Source: Amoebophrya sp. A120 (Eukaryota; Protista; Dinoflagellata). Taken from it: a stretch of 64,000 nucleotides of DNA. The notes beneath the pieces were generated by a model. The model saw nothing but the letters and a program-made list of their open reading frames with translations, was not told the DNA's origin and searched no databases. The stretch spans positions 2,482,054 to 2,546,053 of the forward strand of contig CAJINV010000005.1 in assembly GCA_905178155.1 (NCBI GenBank), written 5' to 3'. A program made the position numbers and the translations under genes. Shown in pieces: positions 12,701 to 27,700 of the stretch (positions are counted from its first letter, which is position 1; the number at the start of each line of letters is the position of its first letter).

Positions 12701-15700
12701 AAGCACGGCCCGCGCGTCTTGTGCTTCGAGCTCGAGGAAAAGTGTTAACCTGGACGAAATGAACGAGCTCCTCGAGCGGCTGCAGGGGCCGGACCAAAAT
12801 AAGCTACTCTCCGCGCTTTCGAAATACGTCAAGGACAAAATCAGGGACAACTCCACATCTCTTTCGCCCGGTACTGCCAAACCATCCAAGATGAGACGGC
12901 TGAACACCAACTCGGCGCAGGACACCTCCCGCTGCGCCACACTTGACAGCGAGTGGCTGGTGTTGCGAGGGCATCTGGCGGGAATTTTAAGTTCACCCAG
13001 CGCTTTAAGTTCGAAAAACAAAACGGGGTCTTCAGGTACTCTGCCACAGTCGATGAAACTGAACCTGGCGCAGGTCGACTTCAGCTTCTTGTCCTGCCTG
13101 CCGCTGTTCTCCGACTTTGGAGGCACGAGAAATCGCCTCTACGCCGACCTCGACGACAGCGATATGTGCGCCGTTTTGCAGCCGCCCAGCGACGGGGAAA
13201 AGGACGCGCACCTGTTGAGCCTGGACAGGCTGAAGGAGCTGCAGAAGGAAGTGCCGCACATGCCCGTGTTTTGGTCCGAAGACCGGAAGGTACGTGACCT
13301 GTTGGTGACGTACTGCAATGTGCCGAAAGTGTCAACGATTCGCGAGTTGCTGTTCACCAGCAGGAGCAGGCGTAGTCGTTCTTCCATTCTGTCTCCCAGC
13401 GACTGTCCGCGTTTCATGCAGGAGATTTTGCGAGAAAACAAGCAGCAGCTGTCGCTATCAGACGAGGATCTCCAGGGCCTCGCTTTTGTGCAAACGGCTG
13501 CTGAAACCTATCTGCGGCCGCAGGACGCTGTGCTCTGTGGCAACAGCGAGGAGGAGCGGCACTACCCGCACCTCCTAGCCGCGCCATCAGTCAAGAAGAA
13601 GTACTTGCACAGCCAGTGGCGCGAAGAGCAGGTGGTGTCGCGATTGCGCAAACTGGGTTTGCGAAATGTGATTCCGAACGAGGACTTGGTGAGCGTTGCG
13701 AAAGCTGACATCGCTGCTGGGAGGACTGATGCAGCAGATCCACCTCTGTCGGACGATTTCCGGCGGAATATCGCCATCAATCTCGCAGACTACGTCGTGT
13801 CTTCAGGAAGAAAAAAGTCGAAAGCGGAACAGCGAGAAGCTGCCAAAATACTCGCTGACATCGCTTTTGTTCCGGTTGCGACCCTGGAGGAGGCGAACGC
13901 GAATGACCGAAATTTCGCAAAATCGTGGATGAAAATCGACGGAGATTCTTTGTTCTACAAGCCTGCGGACGTCAACCTCTGGACTGACCGCTTCTGTGTG
14001 TGGAGCGTCCGGCACCTAGCGCACGAAAAAATGAACTCCGAGTTTTTGACCATGTGCGGCGTGCCCAAAGAGGTACAGGCGGAGTTCGTCCGGAAGCAAC
14101 TGAAAATTGTGGTTGGCGAACACGCTGCTCGATCACCGTCCGAGAAGCAAAATCGGTCTTACTCGTGTTTTCTGCAGACAGCCTTGAAACACATCTACGA
14201 AAACCTCAGCACAGCGGACGCGGACCATCTCACGACTGAAGTCGGGAATTGGGTCTGGATCGGAGACGAAAACGAGTTCTCTTCGCCCGATATTGTCTGC
14301 AAGGACTCGTCGCACGTTTCGAAAGCAGCCCCGTTTCTCCTGGTTTTGGAAAAGAAATTGAACGACTTGGACCTCTTCTCTTCGTTCTGCAACGACATCC
14401 GTCTGGGCCAAGGTCCGGAGATGATTGTTTCGGCACTGCAACGGATCGCGAATAGCCAACAAGTCGTGAAAGATGGCGAAAAAGGAAAACAGAATCACCC
14501 AAAGGACGAGGTAACGAAACGGTTTGACAAACAAATTGTCGAGCTCGTCACGGCCTTGTGGCGTGCGACGAAGCTTGCGGCACACGAGAGGGCGGGATCG
14601 CCTTCGCAAGATGTGGTGCCGATGGGTAAAAAGGGCAAGGGAAAACAAGCAAGAGCTGCTGTGGGACCATTAGCTACAGCACCAAAACCCCCAGAATCAT
14701 GGAAGAACCGGATTCTTTTGCCTGATTCTGCGGGCCAGTTGCGAAAGGCGAGCGAAGTGCTGATAAACGACATGAAAGGCGAGATGAATGACTGGAAGAA
14801 ATCTGCGCCGGGGCGGTACGCGAAATACGCAAGCCAGATTTTGTTGAACGAAATCCCCGAGGACTGCGGACAGGACCTCGGAGCAAAGTTGTTGAGACAG
14901 GTGTGTCTGGCGGGATTTCTAGCCCCCATAAGGTACTCCTGGCTGAAGCCGCAGGGACAGCAGCAATCGTTGACAAGTCGGCTGAAAGGCATCTTGAAGG
15001 ATTACGATCCCTCCTCGATTATCCACGAGATGCTGCAGAACGCCAACGACAGCGAGTTGGCAGCGGGCAAGGTTGAGCTGACACTCGATTGGCGGCACCA
15101 TGCCCACCACAGCTGCCTCACGACGCAGCTTGCAGAGATAAACGGACCGTTTTTCATCGTCCAGAACGACGGACTCTGGCGGGACGAAGATTTTGAGGGC
15201 GCCTGCGCTCTCGGTGAGGGGAGCAAGCGGAAGCAGCCGCTAAGCGATGAAAATTCGAACGCGCATATACCCGAGGGGCAGTTTGGTGTTGGGCTCAGCA
15301 GTTTATTTGCTACAGGTGACGTGCTTATAATCCGGTCTCGCAACCAAGTCCAAATTTTTGACCCGCACCTGGACTTCACAAAAGACGCAGGCGCTTGCCC
15401 AATTCAACGAGGTCTGCGTTTGACCCTTTTGCCTCCGCAAACTGGATGTGGTGCTGCTGCTGACGAGCCAAGCCCTTTGGAGATCGCTCCGCACCAATTT
15501 TCGCCGCCGTACGACCTGCCATTCACTCACGGAGGCGGTAGTTGTGCGTCGCAAGGCAGTTCAACGAGCAGGTGGAGGGACGGAGGAGCACATCTGGAGG
15601 GCTCGATTATTAGCGTTCCTCTGCGGAGATTGGAGTTGGGTGCTCGGGCAGGATTGGAGCAGTGGAAGAGCAAGATCTCCGATCTGGTTATGGACAAAGA

Positions 15701-18700
15701 TCGCTGGGACGAAATGGTGTCTGGGTGGAGAAGCGATGCGCACCTGCTGATGCTGTTTCCACACAAGATGACCGAATTGGTCGTCTCCCAGCTTCCCGCG
15801 GACGCTGTGCCGCTCGGATCTCGAAATGGATCAGAAAAGCGACAGGAAACTACTGCGGCGTCTGCCAGCGCGGATAAAAAGCGAAGAGGGAGGACAGCAT
15901 CACGCTCGGCGCAAGCAGCCGCAGTTGCGGAGCACCCAGAACACGTAAACAGCATGAACCCAGACGAATTGGTGCCAGCCCAACGAAAGACGGACTTTCG
16001 TTGCACACGCGAAGTTGAAGCGCAGCAGGCCAGCTGTAAAAGCGTTGCTGCGGAGACGCCTTTTGGGAGCGGCCTCTCCTTCATCAACGTCGTGGTGGAC
16101 CAGCCGGAAGAAAACGGGTCGTCAAGAACGTCATCCAGAAGATACTCGATGCTGGCAACATTACCTGCAGAAGGAGAACCCAAGGGTGAACGTCGAGTCG
16201 CGCTTTGCGTCAAGACCACACACATTGATGCAACTACTTCCAGGAACGGGAAAGACAGTTCCACTAGGGGTACTTTGATGTCAACTGAGCACGAAAAAGG
16301 AAAAATCTTTTGTGGGCAGCCACTCCGAGCGTCCTTCACAGGATGCTCCGTGCACGTCTGCGCACTGTTTCAGCCCGCACAGGACAGACGCAAATTGGTT
16401 TTGGATGACAGCGGCGGTGATTCACGGCGAAACAAGGAAGTTCTGCTTTTGTGTGGCCGTGACATCGCGGAGCTTTTGCGGCACGTAAACGCAACTTTGT
16501 CTTTGGCAAAAGACGAGGACGTGGACGCGTGGCTGACGAAATCAGCAGAGGACGACACGGCACTAGACTTCGCCTTCTCAACCCCGGAATTCTCACGGAC
16601 GATCGCGCGCGCCAATTTCTTCGAGTCTGCCTTCCCGACGGCAGACAAGGCAGCGAACAAAGATAAGAGTGAGCGCAGTCTGCTCGCGGAGGGTTTCTAC
16701 AGTGCGATTGCAAAGGATCCAGAGCGGTACGCCGGGATGCACTCCAGCATCGGCGCCGAGACCGGCGACGACTGTTCTGGAGACGTTCGCGCCCTGCAGT
16801 CCTTTGACAACGTCCTGTTCATGGCCAGCGACGCGTACCCGGGCAAGGATGAGATCCGTAGAAACGCCATGCAGGTTTTGGCAAAGATTCGTGCGCCGAT
16901 CGCGATCGCACCCCAACCAGTCCTCAACGCGTACTTCGAAAATGAAATTCTAAGCAAGACGGAAAACATTTTTTCCGTCGGAAACCTGCTAAAAACCGTC
17001 GTCCGTCCGCTGGAACGCGCTTTGACCGGTGACGAAGCAACCAAGCTTCTAGATTTCATTCTCGAAGATGTGAATGTGAATAAGGGCGGTCGTACAGCAC
17101 AACAAGATGTCTTCAGAGATCTGGATGGCTGCAAGTTGTGTGTGCTGGGGCCGCAGCCACAGGAGGATGATCAAATTCATCACGAAGAGCAAGACACCCG
17201 GACCATTGTGCCGTTTGCGAAGGACGATCCCCCAGTTGCCTGCACAAAAAACGAGCAGCAAAGACTGATGCGGGCGCTTGGGCAGGAACGCAACGTCGTC
17301 TTTCCTACCATCGATAATAAAGGCGCCGCCGCGTCCCGGTCGCTGCGTAACACGAAGATGTTACAGAAAGCCGGACTGTTGCAGGAGCTGCAGGGACAGC
17401 ATGTGAAGGAAATGCTCACAGCGTACATCGGAAAGCAAAAACAGCCGGACATTCCCGAGGAGCTGCTAGATGCGGTTTTCGCTTGGGCAAAAGCGAGTTC
17501 TCCCGCGGACCGTTCCTGTCTGGACGAAATCCCACTACTGCCCTGCTACATCGGTGACGGCGACGCGGAATGGGCCCCATTTTCTGACCGGTTTGTCTGT
17601 GTCGGGGAGAAAGAGTGGATCGGCATGCAGGAATACCTCAGCGTGTTCGGCGTGCAGGTGCTCGCGGAGAATGATTTTTCGCAAGGAGGTGATAATATGT
17701 AGTGAGGTCACCGAACGGTTCTAACCGGGGAGTTTTTTTGACACCCAGCCAGCAAAACGACCGGCAGTTTTCAAGCGGCCGAAAGCGTTTTTTGACATAA
17801 AAAATTTTCAATTATCAAGCGGGCGGGGCTTTGATATCAAACAAGCCCGGTCGAAAACTATCGATTCGCACTTGATAAAACGACGCAGGGGAGCCGGCAA
17901 AAGGGGCGCCCTTCTGAGGAGCCCACCGCCTTAGTTTCTGGCGATTTGGGGCGCCCAAAAAGAGGCGCGCAAAAAGCGCGCCCAAAATCAGAAAAGCGAA
18001 ACAGCATGGCACGGCCGCGATTTCGAAGCATTTTGGGCGGCCGCGAAAGCGGCCGCCTTTTCGCCGGTTTCAGAGCCTGGGGAGCTTTGCAAAAAGCGCC
18101 GGCGTGAAAAATAAAAACGCAAAAGGGAAAAAGCGCGCCAGACGCGCAAAGCCAACCCGCATGCTGCGGGCCCGATTTTTCTTTGCTTTTTGAGCGCCCC
18201 CCGTGGCGCCCGGATCGGCCCCATAGCATCGGGGCTCGCTTTCGGAAAGGAATTTTGGAAATGTGCCAAGATTTGTGATGTTTCTCAAGTGACCGCCATA
18301 CCGTGCGGCATAACGTTACTCACGGCGGTATGGCGAGCCCAGAAAAAGCAAAGCCGCGGCCAAGGCGGCGGTCGGAAAAAAACGCCCACGACCTCACTAC
18401 CCCCGCCCCGGCGGCTATATTTGGTACTACGGGCCGCGACGAGGCCACAGCCTTCGTATCCAGAGCTGCAGCAGTCCACGAGCTTGCAGACCGGGGCGAA
18501 CACATGCCCGACCTGGTTGCTGCCCTGGAATATCTCGCTTGTCGTAAGAAGTGCACGTTTTCCGAAAGCCCTTCTGGTGGAAACGACAAAGACAAGCAGA
18601 GCGAAAACGTGAACGATGACGCCGATCGTAGGTTCGACTCCGAGGCCGCTCAGCTATTGAACTTTCTCGCCAAGCACAGCGGATCTGGTCCTGAGGTCGT

Positions 18701-21700
18701 CAGGGCGATATCTAAGTTCATCGGACTGCTTCCGATCTTTCCCTACTGGTCTTCAGCTGAGGGGGCCAGGACAAGTCTGCTGTCGAAGAAAGTGAAGTGC
18801 ATCTTTGCGATGCCGCAAGGCGACGTGTTTTGGAAATTCGCAAGAACAGAGGTAGCGGAGGTGCGCGAGATAGTCGTGCTCGACGATCACGAGGAAGATA
18901 CAACAGCGACAAACAAGGCTGCGAAAAAGAATCCTGATAAAGCAAAAGCTCTGGCGCAGGGGGCAAAGCAGAGCAGTATCCTCCGGCTCCTGGAGGCGGT
19001 GCGCGAGGTTGCAACTGCGGAAGCGGGTGGCGCACCGTCAAGCAGCGTAGCGAAAAAGCGCACGAAAATGGGGAAGCAATTACCTGCTGCTGCGGTGGCT
19101 TCCTCGACCAAGAACAACGATTGCGATTTGCCGCCCATTCTGCGTCTGGCGAAGGATCTGTTCCTCGACTTGCGGCTTCTGCCGGTGCAGAACTCTGTCT
19201 TGATGTCCAAGGCGATCGAGTGCCAAGTTTTCCGCCCGGAAGACCAACAGGAACTTCTACAGGAAGAGTTTGTTCCGGGTAACGATGGCTCGTTGCTGAA
19301 AATCACCGACTGCTTCTTCGTCGACTCCGACTTTGGGCGGTTGAGTGCAGGGATCAAGCGCGGACTGAACCCAACCTGGCGGGGCAACAAACCGCTTCGC
19401 AGCAAAATCCAGGCCATAGGCCCCGGCTTCCGATCGGAACTTCATGCGGACGAAATGCTCGAGGTGCTGTTGCAAACGGTGGACCGGGCGGGGGGAGAAG
19501 GTGCGCATGTTGATCCAAACAATGCCTCCTCAGCCGCGGATCGTCCGGATCCGGAATTCGCTTGTCCCTCCTTGACGCTCGATCTGGCGAAGAAGCTGTA
19601 CCAAAAGATCACTTACAATGACGACGTTGCGCAGAAGTTGCGTGGTAAGCGGTGGATCTGGGTCGACGGAACTGTTAACGGGTTCGTTTCTCCGTCGCGG
19701 ATTACGTATACCCCGAAGCAGAATGCTGACCTGGCGCCGATTCTGATACCCTTACCAAAGGCCTACGAGAAGCTGTCGCTATTTTCCCAACTGATTCAGG
19801 ACCGCACGAACGAGTACGCGTCGTCGCTTGTCACGTTACTGGAACAGATCCGCGAAGCCGACATTGCGCTTTCTGCTGGACGAGTAGTAGTTGAGAACTC
19901 CGATGTTGATGGCGAACAAGCTCCAGCGCGCGGACAGGTCGACGCAAGGAATCCTTTCGCGGCAGAATCGCAGGCCAGCGCACGAGAAGAACCACACGAA
20001 GCAGACTCGGACGGGGCCACGCTGACTGTCAAGTGTGGCGCTTACGGGCTGCCAGACCTGCAGTTGCGCGAGGAGGCGGTGGTAGACAAGAAATGCCGGA
20101 TCCGAGTGATCGAAAACGCGGTGCTCGCTTTGGATAAAGCCAAGAGGGAAAAAAAGTTTCAGCCACTTGAGCTGCTGCTCAAGCGAGTCCTCCTGCCCAC
20201 GAAAAGCCTGGAGCTGAAGCCCGCGGCCGAGGTGTTTGTCAATGATCTGAAGTGGGACCCGCTCGGCCAGAATAAGACAGAAAAGCTGCGGCAAGACATT
20301 CTCCACGACCGAATTGGCGACGAGGTCGGGTTGGCGCTCGGGGCCGGCAAGGTACGGAAACGGCTGAAGGACCGCTACCATTTAAACTTTCCGGTGCAGA
20401 TCATGGGACTGCAGGAGTCGCTGACGAACCGACTGAAAAAGATCGTGAACGAGTATCCGCACAAGTTCTGCTTCCGTGAACTGCTGCAGAACGCCGAGGA
20501 TGCGGGAGCAAAGAGGTTCGTAGCGGTCTACGACCACCGGACCTGGAAGAACCACGAAGCCGCCTCCCTCCTCTCGCCCGAGATGGCGCGGCAACAGAGC
20601 AAGGCGCTCGCGTTTTGTTGCGACTCCATCTTCAAACCCGGCGACTTCGAGTCGCTCTGCGCGCTGGGCACCAGCCGCAAAGACCACGCAACTATGATCG
20701 GCGCCCACGGGGTCGGTGGCAAAGTGCTTTTCGGCCTCACGGACGTCCCGGGGTATTGGAGTGGCGGCCAGTTTCTCTTTCTGGATCCCTACGTCGATTC
20801 GCTCGCAGATATGGGCGCGACCCGAGAGCAACCCGGCGTCCGGTTGAAAAACAGCGAAACCGGTGGCGACGGCCCAATGGACGCCTTTCCCGACCAGTTT
20901 GAACCCTTCCGGAAGCTTGCGGCTGACATTGGCATCCCGCTCTCCGTGAAAGGAGACGAGCTGTGCGGGTCGATTATTCGCGCGCCCCTCCGCGACAAGC
21001 AACAGGTCGAGCGCCGGAAGAACAGGGAGGACTCCAAGAACCGCATCTCCGACCACGTCACGTCATCCCCCGCGGTGCAAAAGGAGCTGCAGAAATACTT
21101 GCAGGCGAATATGTCGGACTTGCTCCTGATGCTGCAGTCCTGTACGGTGTTCGAGTACCATGAGATCGACTCGGATGGCACGAGGATCGATGCGGAAAGC
21201 CGGATCTGCAAAAGAAACGTGAAGTCTTCCGGTGGCGCAGACCTCGACCATGAGTTTAGCCAGGTCGCAGGGAGTCTCCAGCACGTGCAGTACGGGCACA
21301 TTGAGCTCGTCACGATGTGTCAGAGCAAGAAGAACCACCCGCCGGAGCCTCGCACATTTCTGCAGTACAAACAGGCGAAGCTGGTTGAAATCGCTAAAGA
21401 GGATAAGAATGTGGGTCGATTTTTTTGCGGACTGCCGATCGAAGATTGCAAAACAGGCATCCCGCTCCACTGCAGCGCTTTCTTCCGCATGAGTGAGGAC
21501 CGCCGAAGCATCCTGTTCGGCGACAATGATCCAGCAGATGCGAAGGGGAACAACCGTGAATTAGCCGATCAGCTGGTGGTTGCGTTACGAAAGTTTTGTG
21601 CGATCAAGGGTAAAGAGAAAAAAACAACCGCCTTCAAGTACTTTCCGATCGGCAAGGAAAGCAGCCCGTTATCAAAGTACATTGAAAACGCCTTCTACCA

Positions 21701-24700
21701 AAGTCTGCGCGAATCCCCAGCCGAGCGTGTGCTGTACACGATTAGCAGCAAGCCCGTAACCAACCTGCAGGAGTGCTTCTTCTTTGACCGGCGGCACGAA
21801 TGGAGCGCATTTTTGGACGACGTCTCCAGTTGGGACGACATGGGGCTGGAGCTGTTGGCCCTGGATAAGCAAGAGGAAATTGCGAACAGGCTGCAAAAGT
21901 CGACCGGCAACGACGACCCGCAGGGACCGATCACTCTGACCGGCACGAACCTCTTGTTGAAACTAAAAAGTATGGGTGATCAGCTCTCAATAGGCGCGGG
22001 ATCCGTCGATCCAATTCTGTGCTACTGTGTGGGAGACAAAACTGAGTTGCAGACCTACCTTCCCGGGTGCAAGCTCCGGGCGCAGCAGGACGGTGACATC
22101 ACGAAGTTTGCACGTGCTCCGCAAGAGCACTTGCGCCCCCTGGTGGCAGATTCGGAGCCGGCTTGGAAATTGCTGGATTTCTTCCCCCGGCCCGATGTTT
22201 TAAAACAGCTCTCCAGCCCGGTCGTTGCAGCGTTGCAGAGTGCGGAGTTCGTGAAGGTGGTAAGACTTTCCGACGTCGCGAGGCTGTTCAACGAGCACGG
22301 CCAGTTGCAAGATCCAAATGTCACAATGCGGCGCGCTGTAGCGTTCTGGGACTATGCGGAGAAGTCCTTTTCGCGAATTGAAAACGCCAGGCGGCAAAAT
22401 CCAACCGACCAGGAAGGCCGGAAAGATCCGCTTGAAGCGGCAAACGGGCTGCAGCTGCTGATTGCAAAAGGCAAATCCTATCACCCTTGCAGCCTTCGCG
22501 GACGAATGATCGTGTTTTCGGACGATTTCCTTGCACACGCGGGCCCCAGCGGAGCAAATCTGGTTTCGGCTTTGCAGAAGTGCAATGTTCTCGTCGGCAC
22601 CAACACAGTGAAAACAATGCTCCCTTTTGTTTGCAACGCGACCGAGGGCAAGCCGCAGGGAGCTCGGGTAAGCAAAAAATGGATCGACTTAAGCGAGCAT
22701 CAGCGGAAGCACCTTGTGGGCCGGGAAGTTGCGTCCTCCCTTCAAGCGGCGTTGCAGGGGCAAAACAACGTGGACAACCTGTCTGCGTTGGAGAAGAACG
22801 CTTTGCGGCAGTACTTATTCGCAATTGGAAACCACGGGGTGAGCTTGGGCGACGATCCGCCGGACCTTACGAAGAAGTGCCTGGAACTCTGTCGCAAACT
22901 CCCTCTGTTCAACCTTCTCGGGCACGCGGCAAATGACCGCAAGGCGCTGCCGGAGAAGTGCAAACTTTTGCCCCAGCCGAAGCCAGCCACTGAAGCCGCG
23001 GCTGAGGAGTCCGCCAGTGCTAGCGAAGACGAGGAGAATCAGGAGAACGAAGTTGAAGAGGCGGAAGAACGGCGGCAAGAGGCGGAGGGGAAGGTAGTGT
23101 GGGATCTGATAGAAGTTTTTGCCGAGGGAGAGGTTCGCGTTGCCGCGGCGTGTGCCGAAGCTGCTCCAAACAGTGAGGCGTTGCGGTTCTTGCAAGACGT
23201 GGTAAAGATTCCGACGATGACCGACGAGGACTTCGTGTGCACTATGGTGAACGAGCTGCAGCGACTGCAGTCAGCTCGTGCACAGGGTAAGGTTTTGAAG
23301 GCCTTGCTTACAACAACAGATGCGAGAAGGGGCAAGCGCCGCTTCGCAGTTCAGTTCACGAATAAAAGCTCCGGCCGAGTGAAATCGGTGGCTTTTTTGC
23401 AAGCAGCAGACGCACAGAGAGCCGGCTGTGCGTACCTGCAACCTTCTGACTGTCTTTCCTTCAAGTTTGCTGCAAAATTTACCGCAGTCGGTCTTTGCAA
23501 GCAGTTGCATCCCGACGTGGTCGCGGAGTTGTTGGTTAACCAGCAGCAGGACAGAGGCCCCGACGTGCTTGCGCAGATTATGCGACAGATTCTCACCCCG
23601 GAAGAAGTTCTTGAAGTCGCAGACCACATTGAGGCAAACGCATCTTCTGGACTAGCCATTGAGCTGTTTAAGCACATCAACTTGACCATGTTTGGTTTCG
23701 CAGCTTCCGGGCGCAAGGAAATGCACGAAGGCCTGCGGAGCAAGCAGTGGCTCCCCGTCATGAGCCAACGACCGCAGAATTGGCCGGCCGGTTTGCCATG
23801 GGCAGGCGAACGTTTGGGCGGGTGTCTAGTTCGCCCCGACGATTATCCTCAGAGCATTTTTTTGCCTGTGACAAAAGCCGCGGTCGGCTACGCGTTCCCA
23901 GTCGTCGACGATGCCGCCTTGACAGACTCTACGAGAACAAATTTGATCCGGAACAAAAACCACGCTGACGCGCTTGGCATTTGGAACCAAGGGGATCGCT
24001 GCACTTCTTCTCACATCCTCGAAAGCATCAAGAGACTACATGAACTCTCCAGCGACACTCGACGTGAAAAAGCCGGAGAAATTGATGGCGTGATCCTCAA
24101 TCTTTACCAGGAGATGCACAGTGCCCTGACACCGGATGAGCAAAGCCAGCCCTTCGTCTGGGACCGAAAAACGCATTCGTTTTTGGGCATAGCTGCGTTT
24201 CACAAGGAGAAACCCAAGGCAAAATCTGATGCTGCACCGTTCGACATGAAATTGGAGCCCTACGTGTGTGCACTGCCGGCGGCTTGGAAGAACCTCCCCG
24301 TGTTTCAAAATGTAGCGAAGTCTCCCGGTGTCGACCATATCGTGGGCATCTTTTCCCGACTTGCAGCCGAAGGAACTGGCGCTCCGCTGGGCGAATACGC
24401 TAATCATGTGGCACTCTGCGCTCGCGCCTGGTGGGTTTCTTACAAACTTTGTCCACCCGGGCCGAACGAGATAGCAAAACTGATTCCCCGTGACAAAGCA
24501 GTCTTTCCAGTACGAAACAGCAGAAATGGACTTCTGGAGTTCGCCACCGCCGACTCGTGCTTCATCGACAACATGCCTTGGCTTTCCGTAGACCATGGCG
24601 ATCTGCTCGATCCGAAACTGCCAGTGTCGCTTGGCGACAACGAGACAAAGCACATTCTGCAGATTGCTGCCGGGCAGTACAGTGTGCCCCCAGCTTCAGC

Positions 24701-27700
24701 GCTCTATGCGGCGAAGCACCAGGTACCCCTACCAGAAGGGTCCTGGATTGACGACTTTGTGCCGTACTCTGCAACTGAACAAGAGGACAAAACCAGGGCA
24801 GAAGATGCAGACTCTGCGTTTCACAACTATTTGCTTCGCGTGACCGACTTCTGGTCGAAAAGAACAAGTGGTGCGTCTCCAGAGCGGAGCCCGACACCAC
24901 TGGAGATTTCTTTTCGGGTATGCCCGAACTCAACTTCGAGCGGTGCACCAGCACACGATGCCGGCTCTGCTCCTAGTGTCATCCCGCAGCTGATAGTGGA
25001 TTCGACAGGAAACAGCATGGCAACGCACCATATCGTCACGGAACTGAGGGGGGCCGCGCCGCTGTCCGACGAAGAATGGAAGTTCCTGGCAAATCACGAA
25101 GTGCTGTTCTGGGACGCTGCAGTGGCGGTAATCTTGAGTAAAGGCGTGATTGGATTTTTTGATCCAAGCAAGAAAATCCGGCAACTTCGAACGGGTCGCA
25201 GTGACGTCTCTCCAGTCCTGCGATTCCCGGTGCACGAATTCGCGCGTTTGTGGCCAGAGCAAGCATCCATTCTCGGCCTTTACGAGACAGCGGCCTCTCC
25301 TGGATTGCGCATTTGGCACTTCGGAGGTGAAGTCACAGTGGAAACGTGGAAATCGTTTATCACGAATGGCGCAGGACGAGGTCTGCCCTTTCGAGTTTCG
25401 CTCCTGGCTTTTGAACACTTGAGGGTGCTCGAGTTCGTTTCGGAGATGACCAGAAATGCTGCCGCAGGGTCGTCCGCAAGTGCGACCCAGGCGAACGCAG
25501 CAAATCTTTGCAACAGACTGGAGAAGCAGAAAACAAAAAAAGAACTACTACAACAGCAACGTCCACAAAATCAGCACCACCAATCTTCTTCGAGTAGCGC
25601 CGCAGCGCCAGTACTTGATTCTGTTGCAGTCGCAGAACTGACAGTGAATTCCGTGTGGGTAACGCACAACAATGCCAGTGGCGATAGCAACCGGACTGCC
25701 GAGCAGAGCCGCTGGTATCGAGTTTCTGCAGACGATTGCGCCTTTGTCGTTCCGGTAGACGGACAGATGAACCATCCAGGCTTCGGCAACATCTTGGCTC
25801 ATCATGCGTCCGTTTTGGGAGTAGCTGGACATGCTGTGTGTGTGCAGCTAAAATGCTTCGATGAGCTGGCTGAATCAGCAGAATCTTTGGGTGCGTGTCT
25901 TGGCGGAGTCGTTGCCTGTCTAGCGAATTCAAATCTGAATGGATTCGATTTTTCTTCGCCGGAGTTGAACTTCACTGACTCGATCTCGCCGGACGAACTC
26001 GACAAGACGCTGCACACTGTTGACAGTGTCAAAGGATTTTACAACGTGCTTCAGTCAGCGCTGCTCCTGCACGGAAGGCCCATGTCCTCATACAAGATCC
26101 TGCAGCGGACCTGGGGTCGCGGTGACGCAAATGCGACAAACTGGTTGGAAAAGTCCGCACACTGTGTCGGCCTGCCTGCGTGGCTCCAGAAGTATGTTTT
26201 TATGGAACGCCACGACACGACAAGAATGCCTGCGGTTTGCTTCGCGTCATGCCGGTACATCGTCCAGAAGGTGTGCGAGAGCGAGAGGCAACTGTCGGCT
26301 GCCGTACACACATCACTACTGTCGTGGATGATGAATTGTGTGGAGTTTTGGCAGGAGGACACGTTGAAAGAGCTGCCACTGTTGCGGGAAGATGACTCGC
26401 TTTCCTCTACCTATCCACGATGGTACTGTAAGAGCGACAAGATCCGAAAGATTTTGTCCCCCACAGTTTCCAGAAGTGCCATCGTGAAGGCTCTACCGAA
26501 AACACCAGCGGGCGTGACCAACAAGACTGAGTACGACGCGTTCGACCTACTCGGGCCGTATCAGCCACCCGCAGTTGCGGGGAACGCCGACAGCATCATA
26601 CATGCAGAATTCTGGAAATTCTATGCGAGTCGTTCGTCGTCCCAGCGTGCCAGCAGCGTGCTGTTGCAGCAGTCGCTTCGATCGTCGATGCATCTTCTAG
26701 AAGAAAAATTGACGGTGGAAGTTACTGCTCCGAACAACGGTAACCAGCGCATTCCCTTGCAGCCCCACTGTGCGCTTCGATCAGGTGCGAACAACGAACT
26801 TTTGAATTTTGGAAATGAACTTTTTAAGCGCATCGGCTGCCGTTTCAGCGAGGAAAGCTTCCCCGACATCGGCACCCGCGAAGATGACAGCGGACAAAAG
26901 ACGACGACTGAGTATGCAGGAGAGACGGTCGACTTTGTCGCGCAACACTTGGCTGCGTTGGCCAAGGATGGAGGTCTAAACATCATAGGCGCAGCTGACG
27001 CACAGTCTTTGTTCAAGTTTTTTCTCGTCGACAAGAAACTTCAAACAGACGCCGGGAGAAGAGCGCTCGCTGATATTCCGCTAATCGTAATCGAGACTCC
27101 TGGTGCTGGAGGATCTTTACTGGAGATCGCCAAGTGCAAATTCATACAGTCAGAAAACGTCGCCAAGCTCTGTCGCGTCCGGACGCAGCCACTACCGGTA
27201 TTTTGGATTCAGGATCCAAGGTTTGCACCCTTCGCACAACAGCGCATCATCAAACCGACCACTCCACTGGAGATTCTGCGTGCCTACGCGACCACCATCG
27301 CCTCATCGGTATGGTCCGTAGACGAACGGGAAACCTTGCTAGCGGCTGTTGCGGCAGACCAGCCCGATTCCGCGGCCAGAGATATCGCAAAGCTCCCTCT
27401 TTTTCCTGGCGGTGTTCCCCTGACCTCATTGTTCGCCACATCTGGTACATCCGGACGGGGCAGCAGTAATAAAGACATCGTGAAGATGGTTCTCGATGCT
27501 AATCCGGGGGTGCGGGAAAAGCTGTGGCATTGCCCCGACGTCGGCCCAACACAGTTGCGACGGCAGGCGAAGGGGCTCGACAGCGCCAACAACGTCGTGG
27601 AATTTTTCCAACAGTACGCACCCTTCGTAAAGAACATTCCCCAAAACTCCCACAGGAAGTACCGACAGGCGCTTCTGGAACTTTTGCACGAGCACGTCGC

